From Escherichia coli (lineage in GTDB: Bacteria > Pseudomonadota > Gammaproteobacteria > Enterobacterales > Enterobacteriaceae): 64,000 bases of DNA. The notes below the pieces were generated by a model, which searched no databases, was not told the origin of the DNA, and saw nothing but the letters and a program-made list of their open reading frames with translations. The DNA lies in the NCBI RefSeq assembly GCF_044324875.1, contig NZ_CP172185.1; one strand, 5' to 3'. Made by a program: the position numbers and the translations under genes. Shown here piece after piece: positions 24,133-37,842 of this stretch (positions within the stretch are counted from its first letter, which is position 1; every line of letters starts with the position of its first letter).

Positions 24133-25781
24133 TTGGGACGATACTGAATCAGCACCAGACGCTCCTGACGATCGATGGCATCTGCGGGCGGAATGGCGAG
24201 ACTGTTGATATCTTCATTGCGGTCAACCGAAAGCACGAGTGTAATAATCCCCTCCTGACGATGTTGATTAAGCCAGTTTGCGAACTCATCACCGCTGACA
24301 AATCTCCCTTTCGCATCCGGATAATTAAGGCCGTATTTCAACTCACCTGTCTGGCGATACATGATGATGTCATCGCGTTGCAGGCTCCATGCCAGACCTG
24401 CGGCAACACCGACGCTATCAGTAAGAATATAGCGGCTTGGCTGAAGTGATTCTTGTGTCATCTCGACAAAAAATTGCGGATGTTTTCCTTCCATGACTCT
24501 GTCAGGAATTGAAAATCCTACCAGCAACGCCAGCCCCAGCGGGCAAAGCGCGGCAAAAGACCAGGTCTTTTCGACGTTTGTTAAGGTGTACCAGCCGAAA
24601 AATGCCCATAGCGAAAAAATCGACCAGGCACAAAAGACTTTATAGCTCTCGAAGGTTTGCCACACTGGCGTGTTCATTGGTCCCCATGGGGAGACCACAA
24701 ATGTGGCAATAATGCCAGTGACACCAAAAGTGATGTTAATCCAGCCATTAATCCGCAGCGCCAGAGGATTATTTTTTGCTGCCAGCAAAGCGTAATGCGC
24801 CATCAGCATTGCCAGAGGTGCAAAGCAGGAAAGAATATAGGTGGGCAATTTGCCTTTGGCGACGGAGAAAAACAGCAGCGGCATTATCGTCCAGCTCAAC
24901 AAATAGACGGTTGCGGAATGCTTGCGGTTTTTCCAGCCTGCGTACAGTGCTCCGGGGAGTAATCCCAGCCACGGCAGGCTACCGGCAATGATGACCGGCA
25001 AGTAGTACCAGAACGGAGCTCTATGCTGAGCATCATCCATTGCAAAGCGTTGAATATGCTCAACCCAGAAAAAATAGTGCCAGAAGTCAGGCTCCCGCTG
25101 CGCTATCGCCAGTCCCCAGGGGAGAACCGTCAGTACGCAACTGATGACCGCCAGCCAGCCGTAAATAAAGAGATCTTTCCAGCGTTTTTGCGTTGCAACC
25201 CATGGAAGCACGCTTAATACCGGCACGGCAAGGGCGAGAAAACCTTTGGTCATCACCCCCATGCCGCAGGTGATTCCCAGCAGTAAAAATCCTGCGCTTT
25301 TGCCTTTCCACGTCTGTGCCTGCATTGCCAGCCAGAAGCTGCACATTCCCGCCACCAGCCAGAAGGCAATAAACGGATCGAGCACGGCATAAGTGCCGAT
25401 GGCATAGACAATAAACAATGAGAGATAAATCACTGCGGCGAGTAATGCCAGACGTTTATCGCGCCATAAGCGCAGAGTAAACCAGGTCACCAGCGCGGCA
25501 GTTAACAGGGTCGCAAAGATAACGCCTGCCCGCACACCAAAGTTATTCGCGCCAAATAGCCATTGCCCAATGCTGTTAATCCAGTATCCGGCAATGGGTT
25601 TTTCGAAATAACGTAGCCCTAACAGATGGGGCACAATCCAGTCGCCGGATGCCAGCATTTCCCGACTGATTTCCGCATAACGCGTTTCATCGGGTTGCCA
25701 GAGCAGACGCGTGCTGATCGGTAACAGGTAATAGCAGGCAATAAACGCGAAGAGGCCGATAAGGTAACGTACCGATTTCAT
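24129..25781 (-). CDS. arnT: Lipid A L-Ara4N transferase (glycosyltransferase family 83)
   Basis: 550-aa polytopic membrane protein. Confidence 0.92.
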
Positions 25782-26671
25782 CAGCGACTACCCGCAATTT
25801 GTTGGCAACCCAGCCAGCCTTCACGTCCGGCAATATTTCCGCGAACAACTTGCCCGAGCGGCAACGTCCCTGATAACAGTTCGCTTAAAGGGCAAAATGT
25901 CACGCCTTCCTGGGCTGCCCGTTTCAGGAGATCCACAAAATTATGCTGATAAGCGCAGCCTTCAACTTCTGCATGAATGGTATAAACCGGCATGCCTTTA
26001 TCTCGCAGGATGCGGTTGAGTAACCAACCGTTAAAATCTTCTGCTTTCACATCCCGACCAATCACTTCATCCCAGGTGGGTAAGGTCACCGGAATTTGCG
26101 CAGTACCGGGTTTTCCTGATTCGAGCAATGGACGAAACGGCATCGCCCCACGACAATCGCTGTTGTAGCGCAAATGGAACGCTTCTTTTGCTTCGATCAC
26201 CTGCTGGTCGGCACGCCAGCCAGCGGCTGCGGAGCAAGTTACCGGTTGGCCGATAATTTCTTCCAGGGTGCGAAGGCCGCGTGCGATATCGTCGACCATT
26301 GTTTGCCGATCCCAGTTACCGCTATGGGCTTGCCATGCATGGTGATCCCAGGCGTGCAGGCCGACTTCGTGGTGTTTAGCCGCTTCACGAATGATATCGG
26401 CATTGGCATGACCAATCTCTTTACCTGGCCAGGCCGTACCTGCCAGTAAAATATCCCAGCCATAAAGCGATGCCGCGTTTGAGCGCAGCATCTTCCACAA
26501 AAACCTTGGCTTCACCAGTCGCCAGAGATGGCGGCCCATATTGTCCGGGCCGACGCTGAAAAAAATGCTGGCCTGAATATTATGCTTACTCAAGATTTCC
26601 AGCAGACGCGGCACGCCTTCACGGGTGCCACGAAAGGTATCGACATCAATGCGTAAGCCGACTTTGGTCAT
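25781..26671 (-). CDS. arnD: Undecaprenyl-phosphate-4-deoxy-4-formamido-L-arabinose deformylase
   Basis: 296-aa polysaccharide-deacetylase-fold protein in operon position. Confidence 0.9.
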   Translation of the reverse strand: MTKVGLRIDVDTFRGTREGVPRLLEILSKHNIQASIFFSVGPDNMGRHLWRLVKPRFLWKMLRSNAASLYGWDILLAGTAWPGKEIGHANADIIREAAKHHEVGLHAWDHHAWQAHSGNWDRQTMVDDIARGLRTLEEIIGQPVTCSAAAGWRADQQVIEAKEAFHLRYNSDCRGAMPFRPLLESGKPGTAQIPVTLPTWDEVIGRDVKAEDFNGWLLNRILRDKGMPVYTIHAEVEGCAYQHNFVDLLKRAAQEGVTFCPLSELLSGTLPLGQVVRGNIAGREGWLGCQQIAGSR

Positions 26672-28649
26672 GATGGTTTATCCGTAAGATCAACGGTGCG
26701 CAGGAAGAAATCCAGCGTTTCGTCGATGGTTTCCTGCATATCAATTTTTGGTTCCCAGTCCAGGCAGCGGCGGGCATTGCGGATGCTCGGTTTACGATGC
26801 TCTACATCCTGATATCCTTTGCCGTAGTAGCTGCTACTTTCGACAACACGAAAGCCCGCAAACGGTGGGAAGTGATGGCGCAGCGGATGTTTTTCGAAGC
26901 TCGCCAGCAGCATCTCGCCCAGTTCCTCAATGCTCGCTTCGTTATCAGGATTGCCAATGTTGATAATTTCGCCGTCGCAGCGATTTCCCGCATTTTCGAT
27001 AATGCGGTATAACGCCTCGATACCATCGCGAATATCAGTAAAGCAGCGTTTTTGTTTTCCGCCATCAATCAGCTTAATCGGTGAACCCTCTACCAGATTG
27101 AGAATGAGTTGCGTAATAGCGCGGGAGCTGCCGATTCGTGCCGCATTAAGGTTATCCAGTCGTGGTCCCATCCAGTTAAACGGGCGGAAGAGGGTGAACT
27201 GTAAACCCTCTTTTTCGCCATAGGCCCAGATAACCCGATCAAGTAATTGTTTAGACACCGAATAAATCCAGCGTGGTTTATTCACCGGGCCGACGATTAA
27301 ATTAGAATGATCCTCATCGAAGTATTTATCGTTACACATCCCATAAACTTCTGAAGTCGACGGGAAGATGATTCGCTTACGGTACTTCACGCAGTAGCGG
27401 ATAATGCGCAGATTCTCTTCAAAATCGAGTTCAAATACGCGCAGTGGGTTGCGGGTATATTCAATCGGCGTGGCTATCGCCACCAGCGGCAAGACGACAT
27501 CACATTTTTTGACGTGATACTCAATCCATTCGGAATGAATACTGATATCGCCTTCGACAAAGTGAAAATGCGGATGATTCAGAAAACGGCTTATCGCATC
27601 GCTGCCGATATCCAGACCGTAAACTTCATAATGATCTTCGCGCAGCAGGCGTTCTGTCAGATGGTTGCCAATAAAGCCATTCACCCCGAGGATGAGTACC
27701 CGGGTACGGCGTCGGGCGGCACAGGCAGGCTGGCTATTCAAGCGTGAACCTTGCACCAGGCCCAGCGTCTGCGCTAATTGCGAGCCCTGCATAGTAATGC
27801 CGTCGCCCGCCTGTCCGGTGACGATTTCCAGCGCGCCATCGCCACAGGCAATCAGCAGTGGCGCAACAGAAATCACGCTCCCCGGTTGTGCTGCGGGCGC
27901 ATGAGAATGCACGCGTGACGACCAGACGGTAAATTTCTGATTACCAACATAGCTGAAGGCACCCGGCCACGGATCGGCAACGGCACGCACCATGTTGTGC
28001 AGCACGGATGCCGGTTTATGCCATTCGAGGAAACTGTCTTCCGGTGTTCTGCGACCAAAACAGGTGGCTTCGTTTTCGCGCTGGGCGATTTCCAGAATAT
28101 TACCGTGTTTAATGGCGGGTAATGTCTGTTCCAGTAGCTGGCGCGCGGCATGGCACAATTTATGATGCAGCGTAATAGCGATATCGTCTGGCGCAATGGC
28201 AATGCGCAGTTGCGCCACAATGGCCCCGGCATCGGCACGTTTCACCATTCGGTGCAATGTAACGCCAGTTTCCGTTTCACCGTTCACCAGCACCCAGTTC
28301 AGCGGCGCGCGACCACGATATTTTGGTAACAGCGAACCATGCAGATTAAATGCACCTGCGGGAGCGAGCTGCAAAATCTCGTCGCAAATAAGATGGCGAT
28401 AATAAAAAGAGAAAATCACCTCTGGTGAGAGTTGGGCAATACGTTCCACCCACAGCGGATGATTAACGTTATCCGGCGCATAAACCGGAATGCCTCTTTC
28501 CGCCGCCAGACGAGCTACGGAACCATAAAAGGCTTTTTCACCGGGATTATCGGTATGGGTAAAAATGGCGCTAATTTCGTAACCGGCAGCCAGCAGGGCT
28601 TCAATACCGAGGCATCCCATATCGTGGTAGGCAAAAACGACGGTTTTCA

Positions 28650-28650
<1 letters not shown>
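26668..28650 (-). CDS. arnA: Bifunctional UDP-glucuronate decarboxylase / UDP-Ara4N formyltransferase
   Basis: 660 aa with an N-terminal formyltransferase domain and a C-terminal NAD-binding Rossmann motif ([10 protein letters not shown]). Confidence 0.93.
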
Positions 28651-29621
<971 letters not shown>

Positions 29622-30779
29622 TTATTGTCCTGCGAGTTGCTGAAGGGCTGTGATGACGCGGTCGGCATCGGCGGTGGTCATATCCGGGAACAGCGGCAAC
29701 GAACAGATGCGTTCGCTATTCCATTCGGTATTCGGTAACGACAGCGTGGGAAAACGCTCGCGATAATATTTTTGTGTGTGAGCGGCGCGGAAATGTAACC
29801 CGGTACCAATGCCTCTTTCTTTTAACGCTTCCATCAACGCATCGCGACTGATACCACAACGTTGTTCATTGACACGAATAATAAACAGATGCCAGGCGTG
29901 AACGTGCGGCCAGGCGGGAAGGCTTAATGGCTGAAAGGGGAGAGCTGCCAGTGCTTGCTGATATTGCAGAGCAATTTCGCGCCGACGGGTGTTGAGGTGC
30001 TCTAATTTGGCTAACTGGGTCAGGGCAATCGCGGCGTTAATATCGGTCAGATTATACTTATAGCCCGGCGTTAAGACTTCAGCTTGCGGTGCACGGCCCC
30101 AGGTTTGTCTGTCATAGGCATCGACACCCAGACCGTGAAATTTCAGCATCCGTAGCAGGCGGGCAAGGTTTTCATTATCTGTAACAATCAGGCCACCTTC
30201 CGCACAGGTAATATTTTTGATGGCGTGAAACGAAAAAATAGCGGTACCTTTTGCGCCAATATGTCGCCCTTTGTAATACGTACCGACGGCATGGGCAGCA
30301 TCTTCGATAACTGCGATGCCGTAACGTTCGCCAATGGCGCGAATGGCGTCAATATCTGCTGGCGCACCGGCATAATGCACCGGAATGATGGCTTTAGTGC
30401 GTGGCGTAATGGCTGACTCGATCGCTTCAGGCGTGACCATCAGCGTATCGCGGTCGACATCCACCATTACCGGCGTTGCACCCAACAAGGAAATCATATT
30501 GAGGGTTGAAACCCAGGTCAGGGAAGGCGTAATCACTTCATCGCCCTTGCCAATTTCCAACGCCATTAGCGTGATATGCATTCCGGCGGTGGCTGAACTG
30601 ACCGCGATGGCATGCTGATTTCCCGTCAACTGGCAAAAGGCTTGTTCAAGCGCCTGATTCTTCGGACCGGTTGTGATCCAACCGGATTCGAGAACCTCTT
30701 TAACTGCAGCGAGTTCCTCCACGCCCATTGCTGGTCGCGAAAAAGGCAAAAATTCTGACATTGCTTTTCCTTCCGCCAT
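29622..30779 (-). CDS. arnB: UDP-4-amino-4-deoxy-L-arabinose aminotransferase (PLP-dependent)
   Basis: DegT/ArnB-type aminotransferase. Start taken at [10 protein letters not shown] (385 aa); the ORF track starts 5 codons upstream at 30794. Confidence 0.9.
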   Translation of the reverse strand: MAEGKAMSEFLPFSRPAMGVEELAAVKEVLESGWITTGPKNQALEQAFCQLTGNQHAIAVSSATAGMHITLMALEIGKGDEVITPSLTWVSTLNMISLLGATPVMVDVDRDTLMVTPEAIESAITPRTKAIIPVHYAGAPADIDAIRAIGERYGIAVIEDAAHAVGTYYKGRHIGAKGTAIFSFHAIKNITCAEGGLIVTDNENLARLLRMLKFHGLGVDAYDRQTWGRAPQAEVLTPGYKYNLTDINAAIALTQLAKLEHLNTRRREIALQYQQALAALPFQPLSLPAWPHVHAWHLFIIRVNEQRCGISRDALMEALKERGIGTGLHFRAAHTQKYYRERFPTLSLPNTEWNSERICSLPLFPDMTTADADRVITALQQLAGQ

Positions 30780-30859
30780 TGAATACCTGTCCACTTATAT
30801 TTGCTATAAAGAGTGTTGTGTATATTTTGCCATTTGGAGCAAAATTTTAAGGATAGAAT

Positions 30860-30876
30860 ATTAACTTAACCTTAAG
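30860..30876 (-). promoter_or_regulatory. Putative PmrA (BasR) box upstream of arnB
   Basis: Minus-strand CTTAAG-gttaa-GTTAAT resembles the YTTAAK-N5-YTTAAK direct repeat, about 70-90 bp upstream of the arnB start; consensus quoted from memory. Confidence 0.45.
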
Positions 30877-31068
30877 AAACTAATATTAGACGTAAATATT
30901 GAAATTTTTATATTTTTTCTTATTTAGGCTTTGCATTTGGCAAAATTTTGAGGCATTTTGCCGGCATCGCAGGATTTTTAATATTACACCAACTGCTAAT
31001 TATCGCCAGAAATGTCGCTCAATTTCACGGTAATTGTCTGGTTGCGCTTGTCTATAGGTGGAGTTTAC

Positions 31069-31671
31069 GTGTTAGCTTTTTGCCGCTCTTCGTTGAAGTC
31101 AAAAAAATATTTCATCATTTTACTGGCGCTCGCTGCAATTGCCGGACTGGGTACTCATGCCGCCTGGAGTAGCAATGGTTTGCCACGTATCGACAATAAA
31201 ACGCTGGCCAGACTGGCACAGCAGCATCCGGTTGTCGTTTTGTTTCGCCATGCTGAACGTTGCGATCGTTCAACCAATCAATGCTTGTCAGATAAAACAG
31301 GTATTACGGTCAAAGGTACCCAGGATGCCCGTGAACTGGGCAACGCTTTTAGTGCTGATATCCCTGATTTCGATCTTTATTCCAGTAATACCGTCCGGAC
31401 CATTCAGTCGGCGACCTGGTTTTCAGCGGGTAAAAAGCTGACGGTAGATAAACGACTTCTTCAGTGCGGTAATGAGATTTATAGTGCAATTAAGGACTTA
31501 CAAAGCAAAGCGCCTGATAAAAATATCGTTATTTTCACCCATAATCATTGCCTGACATATATTGCTAAAGATAAGCGTGATGCGACATTTAAACCTGATT
31601 ATCTGGATGGTTTAGTCATGCATGTGGAAAAAGGCAAAGTTTATCTGGATGGGGAATTCGTTAACCACTAA
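31069..31671 (+). CDS. ais: Lipopolysaccharide core heptose(II) phosphate phosphatase Ais (PmrG)
   Basis: 200 aa from a GTG start ([14 protein letters not shown]...), signal peptide and histidine-phosphatase RHAER motif; the ORF track begins at an upstream in-frame ATG (31012). Confidence 0.85.
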   Translation: MLAFCRSSLKSKKYFIILLALAAIAGLGTHAAWSSNGLPRIDNKTLARLAQQHPVVVLFRHAERCDRSTNQCLSDKTGITVKGTQDARELGNAFSADIPDFDLYSSNTVRTIQSATWFSAGKKLTVDKRLLQCGNEIYSAIKDLQSKAPDKNIVIFTHNHCLTYIAKDKRDATFKPDYLDGLVMHVEKGKVYLDGEFVNH

Positions 31672-31709
31672 ATTTTCAATCTGACAGCCAGTAATGGCTG
31701 TCATCATTA

Positions 31710-32135
31710 TTACAGAAGACCTTTCAAACGTAACGTTTTTCGGGTGGCGACATTCAAATCATAGTGCGCCAGATCTTCAGGTTTTACCCACGCGTAGTCC
31801 TGAAACTCTTCGTTTATTTTCACTTCTCGGTTGGCAGAAACGCAGTCAAAAATCAGGTAAATCATATAAATCTCTTCCTTGCGACCATCTGCATACGTCT
31901 TGGTGCGAATATCATCGCTGAAGGTCCACGGCGTGATTTCTGTCAAAAGCAGCTGTTCTCCCAGTTCTTCGCGAATTTCGCGGCGTAGTGCCTCTTCAAT
32001 TCGTTCGCCAGGCTCCACGCCGCCACCCGAAAGCGCCCATTGACCGGGGAAAACGCCGCGATCGTCGGCCATTTTACACAGCAAATAAGCACCATCATTT
32101 TGAATCAAAGGGCATACAATAGTCCGTTGTCGCAC
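31710..32135 (-). CDS. nudI: Nucleoside triphosphatase NudI (Nudix)
   Basis: 141 aa with Nudix box [23 protein letters not shown]. Confidence 0.9.
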
Positions 32136-32413
32136 AGGGGTATTCCTTATAAATAAAAAGAAACCATGAGAATACGGTAACTCAGAAATATGTGAAAGTG
32201 ACAGTAATCTCTTTTGCGATGATAACTACATTTATTATTATTTTTGTGTGTATCGATAAAGTGTGTTTATTTTTTCGGCGTTTAATTATTTAAGAAGTAT
32301 TTAGTTACAATAAGTGACTAGATCCCTTTTTTCGCTCATTGAATCCTCTGCGCCAGGCAGTACAATCCCGCAGCTTTGGGAATTTTGATTAATTGCTTGT
32401 GGGAAAGAGGATA

Positions 32414-32956
32414 ATGAAAAAAATTGCGCTAGCAGGTCTGGCCGGAATGCTGTTGGTTTCTGCATCGGTCAATGCAATGAGCATCAGCGGCCAGGCGGGT
32501 AAAGAATACACCAATATTGGTGTCGGTTTTGGGACTGAATCGACGGGCCTGGCGTTAAGCGGTAACTGGACACATAACGACGACGACGGTGATGCCGCGG
32601 GCGTGGGGCTGGGGTTGAATCTGCCTCTCGGGCCATTAATGGCGACCGTTGGCGGAAAAGGCGTTTACACCAACCCGAACGATGGTGATGAAGGTTATGC
32701 AGCGGCAGTTGGCGGTGGTTTGCAGTGGCAAATTGGTGACAGCTTCCGCTTGTTTGGTGAGTATTACTACTCTCCGGATTCGCTCTCCAGCGGAATTAAA
32801 AGTTATGAAGAAGCGAATGCTGGCGCGCGTTACACCATTATGCGTCCAGTCAGCATTGAGGCGGGTTATCGCTACCTGAACCTTTCTGGTAAAGATGGTA
32901 ACCGCGACAACGCCGTGGCTGACGGCCCGTATGTGGGGGTTAACGCCAGTTTCTGA
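32414..32956 (+). CDS. yfaZ: Outer-membrane beta-barrel-type protein YfaZ
   Basis: 180 aa from MKKIALAGLAGMLLVSASVNA (signal peptide), Gly-rich, C-terminal aromatic residue. Confidence 0.8.
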   Translation: MKKIALAGLAGMLLVSASVNAMSISGQAGKEYTNIGVGFGTESTGLALSGNWTHNDDDGDAAGVGLGLNLPLGPLMATVGGKGVYTNPNDGDEGYAAAVGGGLQWQIGDSFRLFGEYYYSPDSLSSGIKSYEEANAGARYTIMRPVSIEAGYRYLNLSGKDGNRDNAVADGPYVGVNASF

Positions 32957-33055
32957 TCCCTTCCGGCGCGGCATTCTGCCGCGCCATTCAGTTTCTTACT
33001 ACGCCTCATCTCCCTTTGCGTTATAGTGATTCGATAACAAAAGCAGGAGATAACC

Positions 33056-34258
33056 ATGTTAAAAGTGGAAATGCTATCCACCGGGGATGAAGTGTTACAC
33101 GGGCAAATCGTTGACACTAACGCTGTCTGGCTGGCCGATTTTTTCTTTCATCAGGGGTTGCCATTATCTCGCCGCAATACGGTGGGGGATAACCTTGATG
33201 ACTTAGTCACCATTCTTCGCGAACGTAGTCAGCACGCCGATGTGCTGATCGTTAACGGCGGGCTGGGGCCGACCAGTGATGATTTAAGCGCACTCGCCGC
33301 TGCGACAGCAAAAGGTGAAGGCCTGGTGTTGCATGAAGCCTGGCTCAAAGAGATGGAACGCTATTTCCACGAACGTGGACGAGTAATGGCACCGAGCAAC
33401 CGTAAACAAGCGGAGCTACCTGCCAGTGCTGAATTTATCAATAACCCGGTAGGCACCGCCTGTGGTTTTGCCGTGCAGCTTAATCGTTGCCTGATGTTCT
33501 TTACCCCCGGCGTACCGTCAGAATTTAAGGTGATGGTCGAGCACGAAATCCTGCCGCGCCTGCGCGAGCGTTTTTCTTTACCACAGCCGCCGGTTTGTCT
33601 GCGTTTAACTACCTTTGGTCGTTCGGAAAGCGATCTGGCACAAAGCCTGGACACTCTACAACTGCCGCCGGGGGTAACAATGGGCTATCGCTCCTCAATG
33701 CCTATCATCGAACTGAAACTCACCGGACCGGCAAGCGAGCAACAGGCGATGGAAAAACTGTGGCTGGACGTTAAACGTGTTGCCGGACAGAGCGTGATTT
33801 TCGAAGGCACCGAAGGACTGCCCGCGCAGATCAGTCGCGAATTGCAAAACCGCCAGTTCAGCCTGACGTTGAGCGAGCAATTCACCGGCGGTTTATTGGC
33901 TTTGCAACTTTCTCGCGCAGGTGCTCCATTGCTGGCGTGTGAAGTGGTTCCTTCACAGGAAGAAACCCTGGCGCAAACGGCGCACTGGATTACAGAACGG
34001 CGGGCCAACCATTTTGCCGGGCTGGCACTGGCTGTTTCTGGTTTCGAGAACGAACATCTCAACTTTGCGCTAGCCACGCCAGACGGCACTTTCGCTCTGC
34101 GTGTGCGTTTCAGCACTACGCGCTACAGCCTGGCTATCCGTCAGGAAGTGTGCGCAATGATGGCACTGAATATGCTGCGCCGTTGGTTAAACGGCCAGGA
34201 CATCGCCAGTGAGCATGGCTGGATTGAGGTTGTTGAGTCCATGACCTTATCTGTCTGA
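33056..34258 (+). CDS. yfaY: CinA-like protein YfaY (MoCF-binding domain)
   Basis: 400 aa; N-terminal CinA/MoCF-type domain (MLKVEMLSTGDEVLHGQIVDTN). Confidence 0.85.
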   Translation: MLKVEMLSTGDEVLHGQIVDTNAVWLADFFFHQGLPLSRRNTVGDNLDDLVTILRERSQHADVLIVNGGLGPTSDDLSALAAATAKGEGLVLHEAWLKEMERYFHERGRVMAPSNRKQAELPASAEFINNPVGTACGFAVQLNRCLMFFTPGVPSEFKVMVEHEILPRLRERFSLPQPPVCLRLTTFGRSESDLAQSLDTLQLPPGVTMGYRSSMPIIELKLTGPASEQQAMEKLWLDVKRVAGQSVIFEGTEGLPAQISRELQNRQFSLTLSEQFTGGLLALQLSRAGAPLLACEVVPSQEETLAQTAHWITERRANHFAGLALAVSGFENEHLNFALATPDGTFALRVRFSTTRYSLAIRQEVCAMMALNMLRRWLNGQDIASEHGWIEVVESMTLSV

Positions 34259-34270
34259 TTCCGCCACTCT

Positions 34271-34293
34271 GTGCCGGTTTACTGCACCGGCAC
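34271..34293 (+). terminator. Hairpin downstream of yfaY
   Basis: Perfect 8-bp stem gtgccggt/accggcac with a 7-nt loop; weak trailing T-tract, so it may be only a stabilising stem-loop. Confidence 0.4.
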
Positions 34294-34477
34294 ATCCCCC
34301 CTCCGGCAAAATTTGTCCAACCTGTTGTACTCAATAAGAAAAAATCCGTGCGCTAATTCACAAATTTGTGCGTAATTTCTCCAGTCCGCTGGACGAGGAG
34401 CGGGATTTGATGCGCTTCACAATTTTACTCCCCCTGAGCAACGAGACTGATTCCAGTATCTAAGACTGGAGTCCAGT

Positions 34478-35260
34478 ATGTTGGAATCAAGCAAAGTTCC
34501 CGCCCTAACACGGGCTATTGATATTCTCAATTTGATTGCCCGCATTGGCCCCTGTAGTGCTGCGACGATCATTGACACATTGGGGATCCCTAAAAGCACG
34601 GCCTATTTGCTGCTTAATGAACTCAGGCGTCAGCGTTTTCTTAGCCTTGATCACCAGGAAAATTTTTGTTTGTGGACCAAGCTGGTGGAGCTTTCCGGTC
34701 ATGCGTTAAGCAAGATGGATCTCCGGGAACTGGCTCGACCGCGTTTGACGCAACTGATGGATACCACCGGGCTGTTATGTCACCTGGGGATTATTGATAA
34801 CGGCAGCGCTTATTACATTTTGAAAGTGGAGTCATCAGCCACTATCAGCGTGCGTTCCCATGAAGGAAAAAGCCTTTCGCTTTATCGCTCCGGAATAGGT
34901 AAATGCCTGCTTGCCTGGCAACCTGCAGCTGTACAGCAAAGTATTATCGAAGGGCTGGTCTGGGAGCAGGCGACACCCACAACGATTACTCATCCACAGC
35001 AACTTCACGAAGAACTGGCGCGTATTCGCCGTCAGGGCTGGAGTTATGACAACGGCGAAGATTATGCTGATGTCCGTTGTGTCTCAGCGCCGGTGTTTAA
35101 CGCCAATAACGAGCTTACCGCTGCGATTTCGGTGGTCGGTACCCGCTTACAAATCAATGAAGAATACCGTGATTATCTGGCGGGCAAGGCCATTGCCTGC
35201 GCCAGGGATATTTCACGTCTGTTGGGATGGAAAAGTCCCTTTGACTTACAGGCCTCATAA
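34478..35260 (+). CDS. rhmR: IclR-family transcriptional regulator of L-rhamnonate catabolism
   Basis: 260 aa; N-terminal helix-turn-helix plus IclR effector domain; directly upstream of rhmD. Confidence 0.85.
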   Translation: MLESSKVPALTRAIDILNLIARIGPCSAATIIDTLGIPKSTAYLLLNELRRQRFLSLDHQENFCLWTKLVELSGHALSKMDLRELARPRLTQLMDTTGLLCHLGIIDNGSAYYILKVESSATISVRSHEGKSLSLYRSGIGKCLLAWQPAAVQQSIIEGLVWEQATPTTITHPQQLHEELARIRRQGWSYDNGEDYADVRCVSAPVFNANNELTAAISVVGTRLQINEEYRDYLAGKAIACARDISRLLGWKSPFDLQAS

Positions 35261-35274
35261 CAATGGAGAACATT

Positions 35275-36480
35275 ATGACCCTACCAAAAATCAAACAGGT
35301 TCGCGCCTGGTTTACTGGCGGTGCGACAGCAGAAAAAGGCGCTGGCGGCGGTGATTATCACGACCAGGGGGCAAATCACTGGATTGATGATCATATTGCC
35401 ACCCCGATGAGTAAATACCGCGATTACGAGCAGTCACGCCAGTCATTTGGCATTAACGTTCTTGGCACGTTGATTGTTGAAGTCGAAGCAGAAAACGGCC
35501 AGACCGGATTCGCCGTTTCGACAGCCGGTGAAATGGGCTGTTTTATTGTCGAAAAACATCTTAACCGTTTCATTGAGGGTAAATGCGTCAGTGATATCAA
35601 ACTGATCCACGATCAAATGCTCAATGCCACCCTGTATTACTCCGGCTCTGGTGGCCTGGTGATGAATACGATTTCCTGTGTCGATCTGGCTCTGTGGGAT
35701 CTGTTCGGCAAAGTGGTCGGGCTTCCGGTTTATAAACTTTTAGGCGGCGCAGTTCGTGATGAGATTCAGTTCTACGCCACAGGTGCGCGTCCGGATCTGG
35801 CAAAAGAGATGGGCTTTATCGGTGGCAAAATGCCGACGCACTGGGGGCCACATGATGGCGATGCGGGGATCCGCAAAGATGCCGCTATGGTCGCGGATAT
35901 GCGTGAAAAATGCGGTGAGGATTTCTGGTTAATGCTCGACTGCTGGATGAGTCAGGACGTGAACTATGCCACCAAACTGGCCCACGCTTGCGCGCCCTAT
36001 AACCTGAAATGGATCGAAGAGTGCCTGCCGCCACAGCAGTATGAAGGTTATCGCGAACTGAAACGCAACGCGCCAGTCGGAATGATGGTCACCAGCGGTG
36101 AGCATCACGGCACACTGCAATCTTTCCGTACGCTTTCAGAAACCGGTATCGACATTATGCAGCCGGATGTTGGCTGGTGCGGTGGCTTAACCACGCTGGT
36201 GGAAATTGCCGCAATCGCCAAATCCAGAGGGCAACTGGTGGTGCCGCACGGTTCGTCTGTTTACTCTCACCATGCGGTGATCACCTTCACCAATACGCCA
36301 TTCAGCGAATTCCTGATGACCAGCCCGGATTGTTCAACGATGCGTCCGCAATTTGATCCGATTCTGCTTAATGAGCCAGTGCCGGTGAATGGTCGTATTC
36401 ATAAATCAGTGCTTGATAAACCCGGTTTCGGCGTCGAACTCAATCGTGACTGCAATTTGAAACGCCCCTACAGCCACTAA
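35275..36480 (+). CDS. rhmD: L-rhamnonate dehydratase (enolase superfamily)
   Basis: Start taken at MTLPKIKQ (401 aa); the ORF track starts 4 codons upstream at 35263. Confidence 0.88.
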   Translation: MTLPKIKQVRAWFTGGATAEKGAGGGDYHDQGANHWIDDHIATPMSKYRDYEQSRQSFGINVLGTLIVEVEAENGQTGFAVSTAGEMGCFIVEKHLNRFIEGKCVSDIKLIHDQMLNATLYYSGSGGLVMNTISCVDLALWDLFGKVVGLPVYKLLGGAVRDEIQFYATGARPDLAKEMGFIGGKMPTHWGPHDGDAGIRKDAAMVADMREKCGEDFWLMLDCWMSQDVNYATKLAHACAPYNLKWIEECLPPQQYEGYRELKRNAPVGMMVTSGEHHGTLQSFRTLSETGIDIMQPDVGWCGGLTTLVEIAAIAKSRGQLVVPHGSSVYSHHAVITFTNTPFSEFLMTSPDCSTMRPQFDPILLNEPVPVNGRIHKSVLDKPGFGVELNRDCNLKRPYSH

Positions 36481-36536
36481 TCACTCCGGGCGTTGCTGTG
36501 ACAACGGTAACGCCCACATATTCTAAGGAGCTTTTT

Positions 36537-37826
36537 ATGAGCACCGCTTTGCTTGACGCCGTGGTGAAGAAAAACCGCGCGCGTTTAATTCCGTTTATGT
36601 TGGCGCTTTATGTGCTGGCGTTTCTCGACCGTTCGAATATTGGTTTTGCCAAACAGACCTACCAGATTGATACCGGGCTGAGTAATGAAGCTTATGCGCT
36701 GGGAGCAGGCATTTTCTTTGTGGTATACGCGTTTCTGGGGGTTCCGGCGAATCTTTTGATGCGCAAACTGGGGGCCAGAACCTGGATTGGTACGACAACA
36801 CTGCTGTGGGGATTTCTTTCGGCAGCCATGGCATGGGCCGATACTGAAGCGAAATTTCTGATCGTTCGCACTCTGCTTGGTGCTGCGGAGGCCGGGTTTT
36901 TCCCTGGTATGATTTATCTCACCTCGCAATGGTTTCCGCAGCGTAATCGCGCCAGCATTATGGGGTTGTTCTATATGGGCGCACCGCTGGCGTTAACACT
37001 GGGATCACCGCTTTCCGGCGCGCTGCTGGAGATGCATGGATTTATGGGGCATCCCGGCTGGTTCTGGATGTTTGTGATTGAAGGATTGCTGGCAGTCGGC
37101 GCTGGGGTATTCACATTCTTTTGGCTTGATGACACACCGGAGCAGGCACGTTTTCTGAGTAAACAAGAAAAAACGTTGCTTATCAATCAACTGGCAAGTG
37201 AAGAACAACAGAAAGTGACTTCTCGATTGAGCGATGCGCTGCGTAATGGCCGAGTCTGGCAACTGGCGATTATCTACCTGACCATTCAGGTGGCGGTTTA
37301 CGGATTAATTTTCTTCCTGCCGACGCAGGTTGCTGCATTGTTGGGGACAAAAGTGGGCTTTACGGCGTCGGTGGTCACCGCCATTCCGTGGGTCGCGGCC
37401 TTGTTTGGGACCTGGCTTATTCCGCGCTATTCCGATAAAACCGGCGAACGGCGTAATGTCGCGGCGCTGACATTACTGGCGGCGGGCATTGGTATTGGTC
37501 TCTCCGGGCTGCTTTCTCCAGTACTGGCGATCGTAGCGCTGTGTGTTGCAGCCATCGGGTTTATTGCCGTGCAGCCGGTGTTCTGGACGATGCCGACACA
37601 ACTGCTTTCCGGTACGGCGCTGGCGGCGGGGATTGGTTTTGTAAACCTGTTTGGTGCAGTGGGCGGGTTTATTGCCCCGATCCTGCGCGTGAAAGCAGAA
37701 ACGTTGTTTGCCAGCGATGCGGCGGGATTACTGACGCTGGCAGCGGTGGCGGTCATCGGTTCGCTGATTATTTTCACTCTGCGTTTAAATCGCACTGTTG
37801 CGCAGACCGACGTGGCACATCATTAA
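36537..37826 (+). CDS. rhmT: MFS transporter, putative L-rhamnonate transporter
   Basis: 429 aa from [10 protein letters not shown]; 12-helix MFS architecture. Confidence 0.85.
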   Translation: MSTALLDAVVKKNRARLIPFMLALYVLAFLDRSNIGFAKQTYQIDTGLSNEAYALGAGIFFVVYAFLGVPANLLMRKLGARTWIGTTTLLWGFLSAAMAWADTEAKFLIVRTLLGAAEAGFFPGMIYLTSQWFPQRNRASIMGLFYMGAPLALTLGSPLSGALLEMHGFMGHPGWFWMFVIEGLLAVGAGVFTFFWLDDTPEQARFLSKQEKTLLINQLASEEQQKVTSRLSDALRNGRVWQLAIIYLTIQVAVYGLIFFLPTQVAALLGTKVGFTASVVTAIPWVAALFGTWLIPRYSDKTGERRNVAALTLLAAGIGIGLSGLLSPVLAIVALCVAAIGFIAVQPVFWTMPTQLLSGTALAAGIGFVNLFGAVGGFIAPILRVKAETLFASDAAGLLTLAAVAVIGSLIIFTLRLNRTVAQTDVAHH

Positions 37827-37842
37827 TAGGTTAAGGAACACC

